A stretch of DNA of 64,000 bases from Mollicutes bacterium (GTDB taxonomy: Bacteria > Bacillota_I > Bacilli_A > RF39 > UBA660), in assembly GCA_012799635.1 (NCBI GenBank), contig JAAZKW010000011.1:11738-75737 (forward strand), written 5' to 3'. The position numbers and the translations under genes were made by a program. Positions 35,816-44,227 of this stretch are shown here, in pieces. A model generated the notes under the pieces. The model was not told the origin of the DNA. It did not search any database and was given only the letters and a program-made list of their open reading frames with translations. Every line of letters starts with the position of its first letter. Position 1 is the stretch's first letter.

Positions 35816-37018
35816 ATGAAAAAAAATAATGTTAAAGTCGATATTTTACCTAATTACTTTTTAAAAAAGGATGGAACTTTTGATAAAGAAAAGGCCTTAA
35901 GATTTTCTGGAAAAATTGCAGGAGTCTGTTATGATAAAGAAGGTTTTGCTCATATTGATAAAGAAGATGAACAAAAGACTATGCGCAGGGTTGACAGAAC
36001 CTTAAATTCAGGCCATCACAGTGTATATGATCATGTAACTATAAGTTTTAATATTCAAAATATTCCCAAAATTTTGGCAATGGTGTTAAATAATGAACAT
36101 CAGTATGCAACTAGCGAAAAATCAGCAAGATATACCCCCGTTATAAGAGAAGAGGATTCATTTATCACTGAAGATGAGGAAATATTGTATAATAAATGGC
36201 TTGATATTTTTAAAAAGAAAATTAAGTCTAAATATGGTTATCATTATAATGATAATCAAATTCAAAAGTTAGCACAAGAAAATGCCAGATATCTAGTAAG
36301 TGTATTTATGCCTACTCAAATGATATATTCAACTTCATTTAGACAAATTAATTACTTAGTAGCATGGATGAAAGATTATATAAAAAACGTAAATAAAGAT
36401 ATTGATTTTGAAAAAAAGCTAAAAACATCAATGGAATATTTAATTTTAGGTTTAAAAGAAGCTAATGTTCTTGAAGAGGGTTTAATGCAAAACGAAAAAA
36501 AACAAAAACTATCATTATTTTGCAAAGATATTGATAAAAAACAAGAACATTTTAGTGAAATATATTTAACTACTTATAAAGGTTCTTATGCCCAATATGC
36601 TCAAGCTCATAGACACAGGACATTAAGTTATCAACTCGAAATATTAAATAAAAAGGAATATTATGTTCCTCCGATAATTTTAGATGAGCCATATTTAGTT
36701 AAGGAATGGTTAAAAGATATGGAAACTTTAAAAAAGGTAACTCCTCAGGGAGAGTTAGTAAATATTGTAGAAAGTGGAACATATAATAACTTTATATTAA
36801 AATGTAAAGAAAGGTTATGTACAGCAGCACAACTTGAGATAGCTTGTCAAACAAAAATGACATTAGAAAAATATAAATTAGCGCTTGAAAAAGCTAATCA
36901 TTATCTTGCTAGTGATATAAAAGAATATTCTAAAGGCGCTAGATGCACTTTTAAAGATTTTACTTGCCACCAAGATTGTGGTTTTAAAGAAGGTAAGACA
37001 TTGGAAAGAAAAATATAA
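35816..37018 (+). CDS. ThyX-family (flavin-dependent thymidylate synthase-like) protein, atypical 400-aa architecture
   Basis: SGHHSVYDHVTISF and EHQYATSEKSARY in the first half. AHRHRTLSYQ and ERLCTAAQLEIA in the second half. These are ThyX hallmark motifs split between the two halves. Confidence 0.55.
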   Translation: MKKNNVKVDILPNYFLKKDGTFDKEKALRFSGKIAGVCYDKEGFAHIDKEDEQKTMRRVDRTLNSGHHSVYDHVTISFNIQNIPKILAMVLNNEHQYATSEKSARYTPVIREEDSFITEDEEILYNKWLDIFKKKIKSKYGYHYNDNQIQKLAQENARYLVSVFMPTQMIYSTSFRQINYLVAWMKDYIKNVNKDIDFEKKLKTSMEYLILGLKEANVLEEGLMQNEKKQKLSLFCKDIDKKQEHFSEIYLTTYKGSYAQYAQAHRHRTLSYQLEILNKKEYYVPPIILDEPYLVKEWLKDMETLKKVTPQGELVNIVESGTYNNFILKCKERLCTAAQLEIACQTKMTLEKYKLALEKANHYLASDIKEYSKGARCTFKDFTCHQDCGFKEGKTLERKI

Positions 37019-37045
37019 GTAAAAAACAGATTTTTAAAAAAGCAA

Positions 37046-37074
37046 TTACAAAAAAAATGAAAAAATGGTAAAAT
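37046..37074 (+). promoter_or_regulatory. sigma-A-type promoter upstream of carD-like gene
   Basis: TTACAA - 17 nt - TAAAAT, with a TGn extension (TGgTAAAAT). Confidence 0.45.
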
Positions 37075-37141
37075 ATAGTTATATGGAATGATTTAGGTAA
37101 ACTTGATATAACAGTTTTTAGGTGTGTAAAAGGAGGTACAA

Positions 37142-37636
37142 ATGTATAAACCGGGGGATTATGTTGTATATAAAACAGATGTATGCAAAGTTAAAGGGAC
37201 AAGAAAGAATAGGGCAAAGACAATAGAATATTATATTTTAGAACCTATAAATGATAAATCCTTAATTATTAATGTGCCTATTGAAAACAAGAAAGGTATG
37301 ATTAGAGATATTATTTCTATTGATAAAGCAAAAGAGTTGATTGAAAGAATTCCTCATATACAACCATTAGAAAATATAACAGATCAATATATTGAGGACA
37401 CTTATAAAAGATTACTTTATAATGGAGATCATGAAGATCTTGTTAAAGTTATTAAAACCACTTACTTGAGAAATGATTATAGATTAAAAAATAATAAAAA
37501 AATAAGTTATAGAGATGATGAGTTTTTTAATAAGGCTGAAGAATATTTATATAGTGAGTTAGCGATATCTTTAGGGATGAGCGAGGAAGAAACAAAGGAT
37601 TATGTTATAAAAAAAGTACAGGAGCATTTAGAATAA
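37142..37636 (+). CDS. CarD/CdnL-family RNA-polymerase-binding regulator
   Basis: The N-terminal YKPGDYVVYKTDVCKVKG Tudor-like segment and the ~160-aa size are typical of Firmicute CarD-like proteins. Confidence 0.7.
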   Translation: MYKPGDYVVYKTDVCKVKGTRKNRAKTIEYYILEPINDKSLIINVPIENKKGMIRDIISIDKAKELIERIPHIQPLENITDQYIEDTYKRLLYNGDHEDLVKVIKTTYLRNDYRLKNNKKISYRDDEFFNKAEEYLYSELAISLGMSEEETKDYVIKKVQEHLE

Positions 37637-37846
37637 ATGAAAATCTTAAAAAAGAAGATTGAAACTTTAAGGCTGGAGGATAATGTTCTTAAGATACTAA
37701 AAGCCAACAATATTAAACTAGTTGGTGATTTATGGTGTTTAAATAGAAATAAACTTAAAAAGATGGGATTAATGAATCCTGAAATAAGTCATATCATTAT
37801 TAAGCTTCAATTATGTGGTATAGACTTAAATAAAAGAGTTTATTAA
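37637..37846 (+). CDS. small helix-hairpin-helix protein resembling the RNA polymerase alpha C-terminal domain
   Basis: The 69-aa sequence IETLRLEDNVLKILKANNIKLVGDLWCLNRNKLKKMGLMNPEISHII parallels the alpha-CTD pattern (LeLSvRs.N.Lk...I.tvgdL......eLl...n.G.ks..EI). Its ATG abuts the carD stop (TAAATG). Confidence 0.5.
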   Translation: MKILKKKIETLRLEDNVLKILKANNIKLVGDLWCLNRNKLKKMGLMNPEISHIIIKLQLCGIDLNKRVY

Positions 37847-37872
37847 TAGGAACTACTTTAAAGAGGAAAGAT

Positions 37873-38937
37873 ATGAAAAGGTGTAAAACTAGAGCAATCA
37901 AAGTAGGTAATTTACAAATAGGAAATCAAAACAAAGTTATTATTCAATCAATGACAAACACAAAAACTAAAGATATTGAGGCAACAATAAATCAAATAAA
38001 TCTATTAGCAAAAAAAGGTTGTGAACTAGTTAGGTTAGCAATTTTGGATGAAGAAGATGCTAATGCAATTTTAAAAATAAAAAAGAAAGTAAATATCCCT
38101 TTAGTTGCAGATATTCATTTTAACTATAGGCTTGCATTATTAGTACTAGATAATGGTATAGATAAAATTAGAATAAATCCTACCAACATTAATAAGAAAG
38201 AACATATTAAAGCAATTGTAAAAAAATGTAAGGAAAATAAGGTGCCTATTAGAATAGGTATTAATTCTGGTTCTTTAACAAAAGAAATATTAAAAAAATA
38301 TGGTAAACCTACACCAGAGGCAATGATTGAAAGTGCAAAATCTTATGTAAAAACATTCGAAGACTTAGATTTTTATGATATATGTTTATCATTTAAGTCA
38401 AGTGGTGTTGTTCTTACAATTAAATCATATGAACTGGCAAGTAAAATTTTTAGATACCCATTACATTTAGGCGTTACTGAAGCGGGGCCATTTAATATAA
38501 GTGTTATAAAATCAAGTGCAGCATTAGGCACTTTATTATATCAGGGTATTGGGGATACTATTCGGGTTTCTGTCACTGGGCCTCCTGAGGAAGAAATCAT
38601 TATTGCGAAGAGGTTATTAAAAAGTTTTGGTTTAATTGATAATGTTCCTAATTTAATATCGTGTCCTACTTGTGGAAGAATGCAATATGATATGTTTTCA
38701 GTAATCAAGGAGATAGAAAGTTTTTTAAGTGAAATAAATTCTAATATCAAGGTAGCTATAATGGGATGTGCTGTAAATGGCCCGCAGGAGGCTTCTAGAG
38801 CAGATGTTGGTGTTGCCGGGGGAAAGGATATGGCCATGTTATTTAGGAAAGGTAAGCTTATTAAAACTGTTAAACAAGAGGATCTAATACACACTTTAAA
38901 AGAAGAAATATATAAAATAATAAATAATAATTATTAA
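37873..38937 (+). CDS. ispG: 4-hydroxy-3-methylbut-2-en-1-yl diphosphate synthase
   Basis: ISCPTCGR and MGCAVNGP Fe-S ligand motifs, in a TIM-barrel N-terminal half. Confidence 0.9.
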   Translation: MKRCKTRAIKVGNLQIGNQNKVIIQSMTNTKTKDIEATINQINLLAKKGCELVRLAILDEEDANAILKIKKKVNIPLVADIHFNYRLALLVLDNGIDKIRINPTNINKKEHIKAIVKKCKENKVPIRIGINSGSLTKEILKKYGKPTPEAMIESAKSYVKTFEDLDFYDICLSFKSSGVVLTIKSYELASKIFRYPLHLGVTEAGPFNISVIKSSAALGTLLYQGIGDTIRVSVTGPPEEEIIIAKRLLKSFGLIDNVPNLISCPTCGRMQYDMFSVIKEIESFLSEINSNIKVAIMGCAVNGPQEASRADVGVAGGKDMAMLFRKGKLIKTVKQEDLIHTLKEEIYKIINNNY

Positions 38938-38996
38938 ATATTTAAAAGATAAGGACTTTTTGTTAAGAAATTGGTACAATCTTTTTAGGGGGCTTT

Positions 38997-39434
38997 ATGA
39001 CAAAAAAACAGATAAATCAAATCTTTGCTTTAATAAAAGTTTATGGAATATATTCAGAAGAAACCCAAAATAATATGGAGCTTTTAAAAAGGCGAAAAAA
39101 TTTGTTATATATATTAAAGATATTAAAAGAAACAATGGATGAGAAAAAATATAAATTAATAAGTAGTAATGGAGAAGAATATTTAAGTGATATTCCTGGT
39201 TTATTTGGTGGTAATAAAAAATTAAAAATATATGGAAGATTAGATTGTCCTTCGGCAAGAAGGTGGATTAGCAAAGGAATGTATGTTTCTAATAGAGTTT
39301 TTTTCGAAAATGAAGAAACAGCAATTGCAGCTAATTATAGGCCTTGCGCTATATGTATGCCAAAAGAATATAAAGAGTGGAAGGAAAAGGAAAAGCAAAA
39401 AGATATAGCAAGAAAACGATTTACTAATAATTAA
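38997..39434 (+). CDS. Ada-type zinc-binding (Ada_Zn_binding-like) domain protein
   Basis: GRLDCPSARRWISKGMYVSNRVFFENEETAIAANYRPCAICMP matches the Cys4 Ada N-terminal metal-binding pattern. Confidence 0.6.
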   Translation: MTKKQINQIFALIKVYGIYSEETQNNMELLKRRKNLLYILKILKETMDEKKYKLISSNGEEYLSDIPGLFGGNKKLKIYGRLDCPSARRWISKGMYVSNRVFFENEETAIAANYRPCAICMPKEYKEWKEKEKQKDIARKRFTNN

Positions 39435-39454
39435 CATAATAAATTTTTGGTTTA

Positions 39455-39483
39455 TTGAAAACTTTATTAATCAATAGTATACT
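39455..39483 (+). promoter_or_regulatory. sigma-A-type promoter upstream of rubrerythrin
   Basis: TTGAAA - 17 nt - TATACT. The spacer contains the AT-palindromic TTATTAATCAATA, a possible PerR/Fur-type box. Confidence 0.4.
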
Positions 39484-39506
39484 AAAATAGAAAAGAGGTA
39501 GATAAA

Positions 39507-40046
39507 ATGGAATTAAAAGGATCACAAACAGAAAAGAATTTAATGACAGCATTTGCTGGTGAAAGTGAAGCAAGAAATAAATATTCATATTATGCAAGTC
39601 AAGCAAGAAAAGATGGATATGAACAAATTGCCTCAATATTCGAAGAAACAGCAAATAATGAAAAAGAACATGCAAAGTTATGGTTTAAAGAACTTCATCA
39701 AGGAGTAATACCAACAACTTCAGATAACCTAAAAGATGCAGCAGAAGGTGAAAACTATGAATGGACCGAAATGTATGCTAATTTCGCCAAAATAGCAAGA
39801 GAAGAAGGTTTTGATAGTATTGCAGAAAAATTTGAGGGTGTAGCTGAAATAGAAAAACATCACGAAGAAAGATATTTAAAATTACTGAAAAATATTGAAG
39901 ATAAGATAGTATTTAGTCGTGATCAAGGATCTATTTGGATATGTAGAAACTGTGGTCATGTTGTTATTGGTAAGGATGTGCCAGATATATGCCCAGTGTG
40001 TGATCATCCACAAAGTTATTTTGAATTAAAGGCAAATAATTATTAG
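39507..40046 (+). CDS. rbr: rubrerythrin
   Basis: [19 protein letters not shown] and EKHHEERY di-iron ligand motifs, plus a C-terminal rubredoxin-like CRNCGH..CPVCDHP. Confidence 0.92.
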   Translation: MELKGSQTEKNLMTAFAGESEARNKYSYYASQARKDGYEQIASIFEETANNEKEHAKLWFKELHQGVIPTTSDNLKDAAEGENYEWTEMYANFAKIAREEGFDSIAEKFEGVAEIEKHHEERYLKLLKNIEDKIVFSRDQGSIWICRNCGHVVIGKDVPDICPVCDHPQSYFELKANNY

Positions 40047-40054
40047 GAGGAAAA

Positions 40055-40426
40055 ATGAAATTAAAGAAATGTTTTAAATGTGGACTTTTACTTAAAGAAA
40101 TGGGTGAATGTTCTTTAAAAAATTGTGATGTTATATGTTGTAATGAAAAAATGAAAAATCTAAAAGCAAATACTACAGAAGCTTCATTTGAAAAACATAT
40201 ACCAAATTATGAAATAGTTGGGGACAGTATTATTGTTACGGTAGATCATGTTATGGAGGAAGACCACTTTATAGAGTGGATTGCATGTAGTCATGAAAAT
40301 AAGGAAAATTTTGTATATTTGAACCCGGGTGAAAAAGCCGAAGCAGAATTTGAATATGCAAAAGGAACGGTTATATATGCATACTGTAACAAACATTATT
40401 TATGGTCTGCAGAAATAACAGATTAG
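40055..40426 (+). CDS. dfx: desulfoferrodoxin (2Fe superoxide reductase)
   Basis: N-terminal desulforedoxin Cys4 (CFKCG..CCNEKM), then EKHIP, HVMEEDHFIEW and YCNKHYLW. Confidence 0.88.
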   Translation: MKLKKCFKCGLLLKEMGECSLKNCDVICCNEKMKNLKANTTEASFEKHIPNYEIVGDSIIVTVDHVMEEDHFIEWIACSHENKENFVYLNPGEKAEAEFEYAKGTVIYAYCNKHYLWSAEITD

Positions 40427-40456
40427 TATTATATAAATTAAAGAAAGGAGGATAAA

Positions 40457-40609
40457 ATGAAATATAGATGTACACTATGTGGTTATATATATGATAATGA
40501 AAAAGAAGAAATTGCATTTAATGATTTGCCAGAAGATTGGCTTTGTCCATTATGTGGCGCACCAAAATCTGAATTTGAATTAGTCGAAGAAGAAAAAAAA
40601 CTAAATTAA
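40457..40609 (+). CDS. rubredoxin (50 aa, absent from the ORF track)
   Basis: The peptide is [50 protein letters not shown]. It has RBS AAGGAGGA 6 nt upstream and the CxxC..CxxC motifs. Confidence 0.9.
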   Translation: MKYRCTLCGYIYDNEKEEIAFNDLPEDWLCPLCGAPKSEFELVEEEKKLN

Positions 40610-40722
40610 TAGAAAAACAGATAGAAAATAATTATCAGCAATTAACAATTGGTGAATTATCCGCCTTATTTTCTAATTTAGCTAGAGGTTGTGAAAAACA
40701 ATATTTAGATAAGGAAAAAGAA

Positions 40723-41094
40723 GTGTTTTTAAAACTTGCCAAATACTTTGAAGATAAAACTCCTAATGAGTCAAATAAAATTGAAGATTTAATAAACCTT
40801 TTAAATGAAGATATTAATAATAATTATCAAAAGGCAATTAATATTAGCCAAGAAAAATCTGATAGAGGTGCACAAAGAGTTTGTTCATGGGGTGAAAAAG
40901 CAACAAAAATCATTAATTCATTATTAAGTAGGTATGAAGCTGAAGGTGAAAAGTTGTTTGAAGAAAATGAAATATGGCTATGTACAATTTGTGGTTTTAT
41001 TTTTATTGGAAAAACCGCTCCTGCACTTTGCCCTATTTGTAAGGTTCAATCTGATAAGTTCATTAAGGTTGATGGGAGGGTAAAGTTATCATGA
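40723..41094 (+). CDS. helical protein with C-terminal rubrerythrin-type rubredoxin-like domain; N-terminus unresolved
   Basis: C-terminal WLCTICGFIFIGKTAPALCPICK. The frame is open back to 40579 with protein-like sequence but no canonical start before GTG at 40723. See the finding on a fusion with rubredoxin. Confidence 0.6.
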   Translation: MFLKLAKYFEDKTPNESNKIEDLINLLNEDINNNYQKAINISQEKSDRGAQRVCSWGEKATKIINSLLSRYEAEGEKLFEENEIWLCTICGFIFIGKTAPALCPICKVQSDKFIKVDGRVKLS

Positions 41095-41582
41095 AAAAAA
41101 GAGTAGCTGTTAGAAATATACAATTATGTACTAAAGATTGTCTTTGCTTATATGTGTGTCCATATGGAGCTACAGATACTGAAGATAGTGTTATTGACAT
41201 CAGTAAGTGTGATGGATGTGGGGCTTGTGCTGAAGCTTGTCCTAGTAAAGCAATAAGTCTAGTTCCCATTTCATATCCTCCACAACAAAGAAAAGATAAA
41301 GATGTTGTTAATGCTTTAAGAAAGTTGTCAACAAGTAAAACAAAACAAGAAAACATTGCTCTTCAAATAGCAAAACAAACAAATAAAAAAGGTTTGTCTA
41401 ATTTGCTTTTTGCTATTTCTAAGTCAAATAGAATAATTGCTGAGGATCTTTTAAGAGAAGCAGGTTATATGCTTCCTCAAAGTAAGAATACCCATCAATT
41501 ATTAAAAGCTCTTTTAAAAGAGGATGATATCCCAAAAGAAAGTGTAAAATATTTGCTTGAAAAAATTGAGCCAAACGAATAA
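41091..41582 (+). CDS. 4Fe-4S ferredoxin-domain protein with helical C-terminal extension
   Basis: CTKDCLCLYVCP and CDGCGACAEACP. Its ATG overlaps the upstream stop (ATGA). Confidence 0.75.
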   Translation: MKKRVAVRNIQLCTKDCLCLYVCPYGATDTEDSVIDISKCDGCGACAEACPSKAISLVPISYPPQQRKDKDVVNALRKLSTSKTKQENIALQIAKQTNKKGLSNLLFAISKSNRIIAEDLLREAGYMLPQSKNTHQLLKALLKEDDIPKESVKYLLEKIEPNE

Positions 41583-41612
41583 ATATAAAAATATGAATTT
41601 AGAATAAAGAAA

Positions 41613-41646
41613 AAACCCTTAGTTTAATACTTAGGGTTTGTCTTTC
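41613..41646 (+). terminator. intrinsic terminator
   Basis: AAACCCTTAG-tttaata-CTTAGGGTTT (one mismatch) followed by a T-rich tail. Confidence 0.6.
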
Positions 41647-41755
41647 TCTATACAAAATATTACTAATAATATCTTATTAATGGTATAATTTAAATGTAAA
41701 TTGTATTTTTTTGAAACAAATTTGATTTATTTACGATGTAATGTATGGAGCCTAT

Positions 41756-42256
41756 ATGTTAAAAGATAGTATAAAAAAAGAATTTAATAAAATATATCAA
41801 GATACTTTTGATGATATTACCAAGTATGTTGTTTGTCGTTGCTCAAACATTGACGATGCTAAAGATATTGTTCAAAATACTTATCTTGGTGTTATAAACG
41901 CTTTAAAAAAAGATAAGAAAATTGATAAATCATATATTTATAAAATTGCCAAAAATAAAATAAGTGATTATTATCGTTTTAGGTATAAAATAAGAATTGA
42001 AAGCATTTATAATGATGAAGATGAAGAAAAAGTAAGTTCACCATCATTTGAAGAATCATTATTTAAAAAATATGATGTAAACAGAACATGGAAATTATTA
42101 AAGAAAAAGAATCCTGTTGTTGGAAAAATCTTTTATTTATATTATTATTGTGAATATTCGATTAAAAAGATTAGTAAAGAATTAAATCTTACTGAATCAA
42201 ACGTAAAAAATCATATATATAGGACTTTAAAAGAATTAAATAAGGAGATGAATTAA
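41756..42256 (+). CDS. ECF-type sigma-70 family RNA polymerase sigma factor
   Basis: Region 2 (DIVQNTYLGV..ISDYYRF) and region 4 HTH (YSIKKISKELNLTESNVKNHIYRTLKEL). The ATG at 41756 follows GGAG. Confidence 0.8.
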   Translation: MLKDSIKKEFNKIYQDTFDDITKYVVCRCSNIDDAKDIVQNTYLGVINALKKDKKIDKSYIYKIAKNKISDYYRFRYKIRIESIYNDEDEEKVSSPSFEESLFKKYDVNRTWKLLKKKNPVVGKIFYLYYYCEYSIKKISKELNLTESNVKNHIYRTLKELNKEMN

Positions 42257-42258
42257 GA

Positions 42259-42459
42259 ATGGAGAAAGATATCAGAAATATATATATTGATAAGATAAAT
42301 AAAGATGAAATATATGAAAATATTTTAAAATCTGCAAATAAAGATTGTAAATATTATTCTAAATACGTTATATTATCATCAGGACTTTTAGCAATAGCTT
42401 GTACAGGATATCTAGTTAAGAAAAAAATTAAGAATAAAAAGGAAATAAGAAAAGGATAG
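42259..42459 (+). CDS. putative anti-sigma factor (small single-TM protein)
   Basis: 66 aa, starting 2 nt after the sigma stop, with one TM (VILSSGLLAIACTGYLV). The assignment rests on position only. Confidence 0.45.
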   Translation: MEKDIRNIYIDKINKDEIYENILKSANKDCKYYSKYVILSSGLLAIACTGYLVKKKIKNKKEIRKG

Positions 42460-42465
42460 GTAAGT

Positions 42466-44193
42466 ATGTTAGAAAAATTGTTTTTAAAACTTAAAAATTT
42501 ATATCGTCGAATTGATATGAAAATTAACCGTAGAAAATATGGTTATTTAGATAAATTACCAAAGAATATAAAATATTTTAAAGGAAGTCTTTATGATGCC
42601 ATATATGATGCATCATGTAAATGGCCTCATAATGTAGCAATAGAATATTATGATAGACAATTTACTTATCGTGAATTTATTAAGGAGACAGATAAAGTTG
42701 CTCGTTGTCTTAGGGGACTAGGGGTTGAAAAGGGCGATTATATTACTGTTTGTATGCCAAATACACCCGAGGCAACAATGTTCTTTTACGCTATAAATCA
42801 AGTAGGTGCAATTGCTAATATGATTCATCCCTTATCTTCGGAGAAGGAAATAGAATATTACTTAAATAAAACAAAATCTAAAGTAATGCTTTGTATTGAT
42901 ATTACTTATCCAAAATTAAAGGAGATAATTGATAATACAAAAGTTGAAAAAGTTATTATTGCCTCAGCTACAAGGTCTATGGAGAAAATAGTTCAATTTA
43001 TTTATTGGCTAAAGAAAGGCAGAAAATTAAAGGTAAAAGAAGATACAAGAGTTATTCTTTGGAAAACTTTTGAAAAATATGAGAAAAAGTTTGTTGGGAA
43101 TCCTCGTGTTATTGTTGATGCTGATGATCCAGCGGTTATTCTTTATAGTGGTGGAACAACTGGTACTCCAAAGGGTGTAGTACTTACTAATATGAATCTT
43201 AATGCAGAGGCATTACAAGCGGCATATGCTGTTTCTTTTCTTGTACCAGAAAACTCAATTTTAACCTTTCTTCCCAACTTTCATTGCTTTGGCCTTGCCG
43301 TTAGTACCCATATTCCTTTGAATTATGGTATGAGAGTTATATTAATACCACAATTTAATATTAAAAAACTTAAACATTATATGCGTAAATATCGTTTTAA
43401 TATAATGTGTGGTGTTCCTACAATATATGATTATATAACAAAAATGAAATGGAAGAAAAATGAACTTAAAGATTTTAAAATAGCACTTGTTGGCGGAGAT
43501 GCTATATCAACAGAATTAAAGGAATTAACTAATGAGACTCTAAAGAAATATGGTTCTCCAGCAAAGCTTCAAATTGGTTATGGTTTAACTGAGGCTTCTA
43601 GTGTCGTATCATATTCCCCCATTGAAGAAAAAAATGCTGAGATTATTGGATATGCACTTCCAAATTGTGATTTTCTTGTCAAAGATTTAAATGCCGATGC
43701 CGAAGCTCCTCTTGGAGAAAGTGGTGAAATATTAGTCTCTGGTCCAGTACTTATGAAAGAATATTTAGATGATGAAAAAGAGACAAAAAATGCTTTCATT
43801 GAATTGAATGGTAAGAAGTGGTTAAGGACTGGTGATGTTGGTTTCCTTGATAAAAAAGGTTTAATGCATTATCAATCAAGGTTAAAAAGAATGATCATTA
43901 CAAGCGGATATAATGTATATCCATCTCAAGTTGAAAAAGTTATCATGTCTTCTGAAGTAGTTGATAAATGTGCTGTAATTGGTGTTCCAGACAAAAATAA
44001 AGGAGAAATAGTTAAAGCATTTATTGTTTTAAAAGAAGGTATTAACAGTATAATTGCTAGGACCAAAATACAAAAGGTATTAAAAGAAAACTTAGCCAGA
44101 TTTGAACAACCAAGAGAGTTTAAATATGTGGATTCTTTGCCTATTACAAAACTGGGCAAAATTGCATATAAAGAACTTGAAAATATCAAATAA
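42466..44193 (+). CDS. AMP-dependent long-chain fatty-acid--CoA ligase family protein
   Basis: LYSGGTTGTPKGV, GYGLTE and TGDVGFLD..GLMHYQSRLKRMI. Confidence 0.85.
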   Translation: MLEKLFLKLKNLYRRIDMKINRRKYGYLDKLPKNIKYFKGSLYDAIYDASCKWPHNVAIEYYDRQFTYREFIKETDKVARCLRGLGVEKGDYITVCMPNTPEATMFFYAINQVGAIANMIHPLSSEKEIEYYLNKTKSKVMLCIDITYPKLKEIIDNTKVEKVIIASATRSMEKIVQFIYWLKKGRKLKVKEDTRVILWKTFEKYEKKFVGNPRVIVDADDPAVILYSGGTTGTPKGVVLTNMNLNAEALQAAYAVSFLVPENSILTFLPNFHCFGLAVSTHIPLNYGMRVILIPQFNIKKLKHYMRKYRFNIMCGVPTIYDYITKMKWKKNELKDFKIALVGGDAISTELKELTNETLKKYGSPAKLQIGYGLTEASSVVSYSPIEEKNAEIIGYALPNCDFLVKDLNADAEAPLGESGEILVSGPVLMKEYLDDEKETKNAFIELNGKKWLRTGDVGFLDKKGLMHYQSRLKRMIITSGYNVYPSQVEKVIMSSEVVDKCAVIGVPDKNKGEIVKAFIVLKEGINSIIARTKIQKVLKENLARFEQPREFKYVDSLPITKLGKIAYKELENIK

Positions 44194-44196
44194 AAG

Positions 44197-44222
44197 TGTA
44201 CATAAAAAAAGGTACATTTTTT
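44197..44222. terminator. weak bidirectional hairpin between convergent genes
   Basis: TGTAC-ataaaaaaag-GTACA flanked by an A-run on the left and T6 on the right. Confidence 0.35.
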
Positions 44223-44227
44223 AATAC

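Noticed and set aside
38995-39675. Four minus-strand ORFs (38995-39258, 39041-39274, 39240-39437, 39424-39675) opposite the Ada-Zn and rubrerythrin genes.
   Set aside because: They are shadow ORFs of well-supported plus-strand genes and have repetitive, hydrophobic, low-complexity translations.
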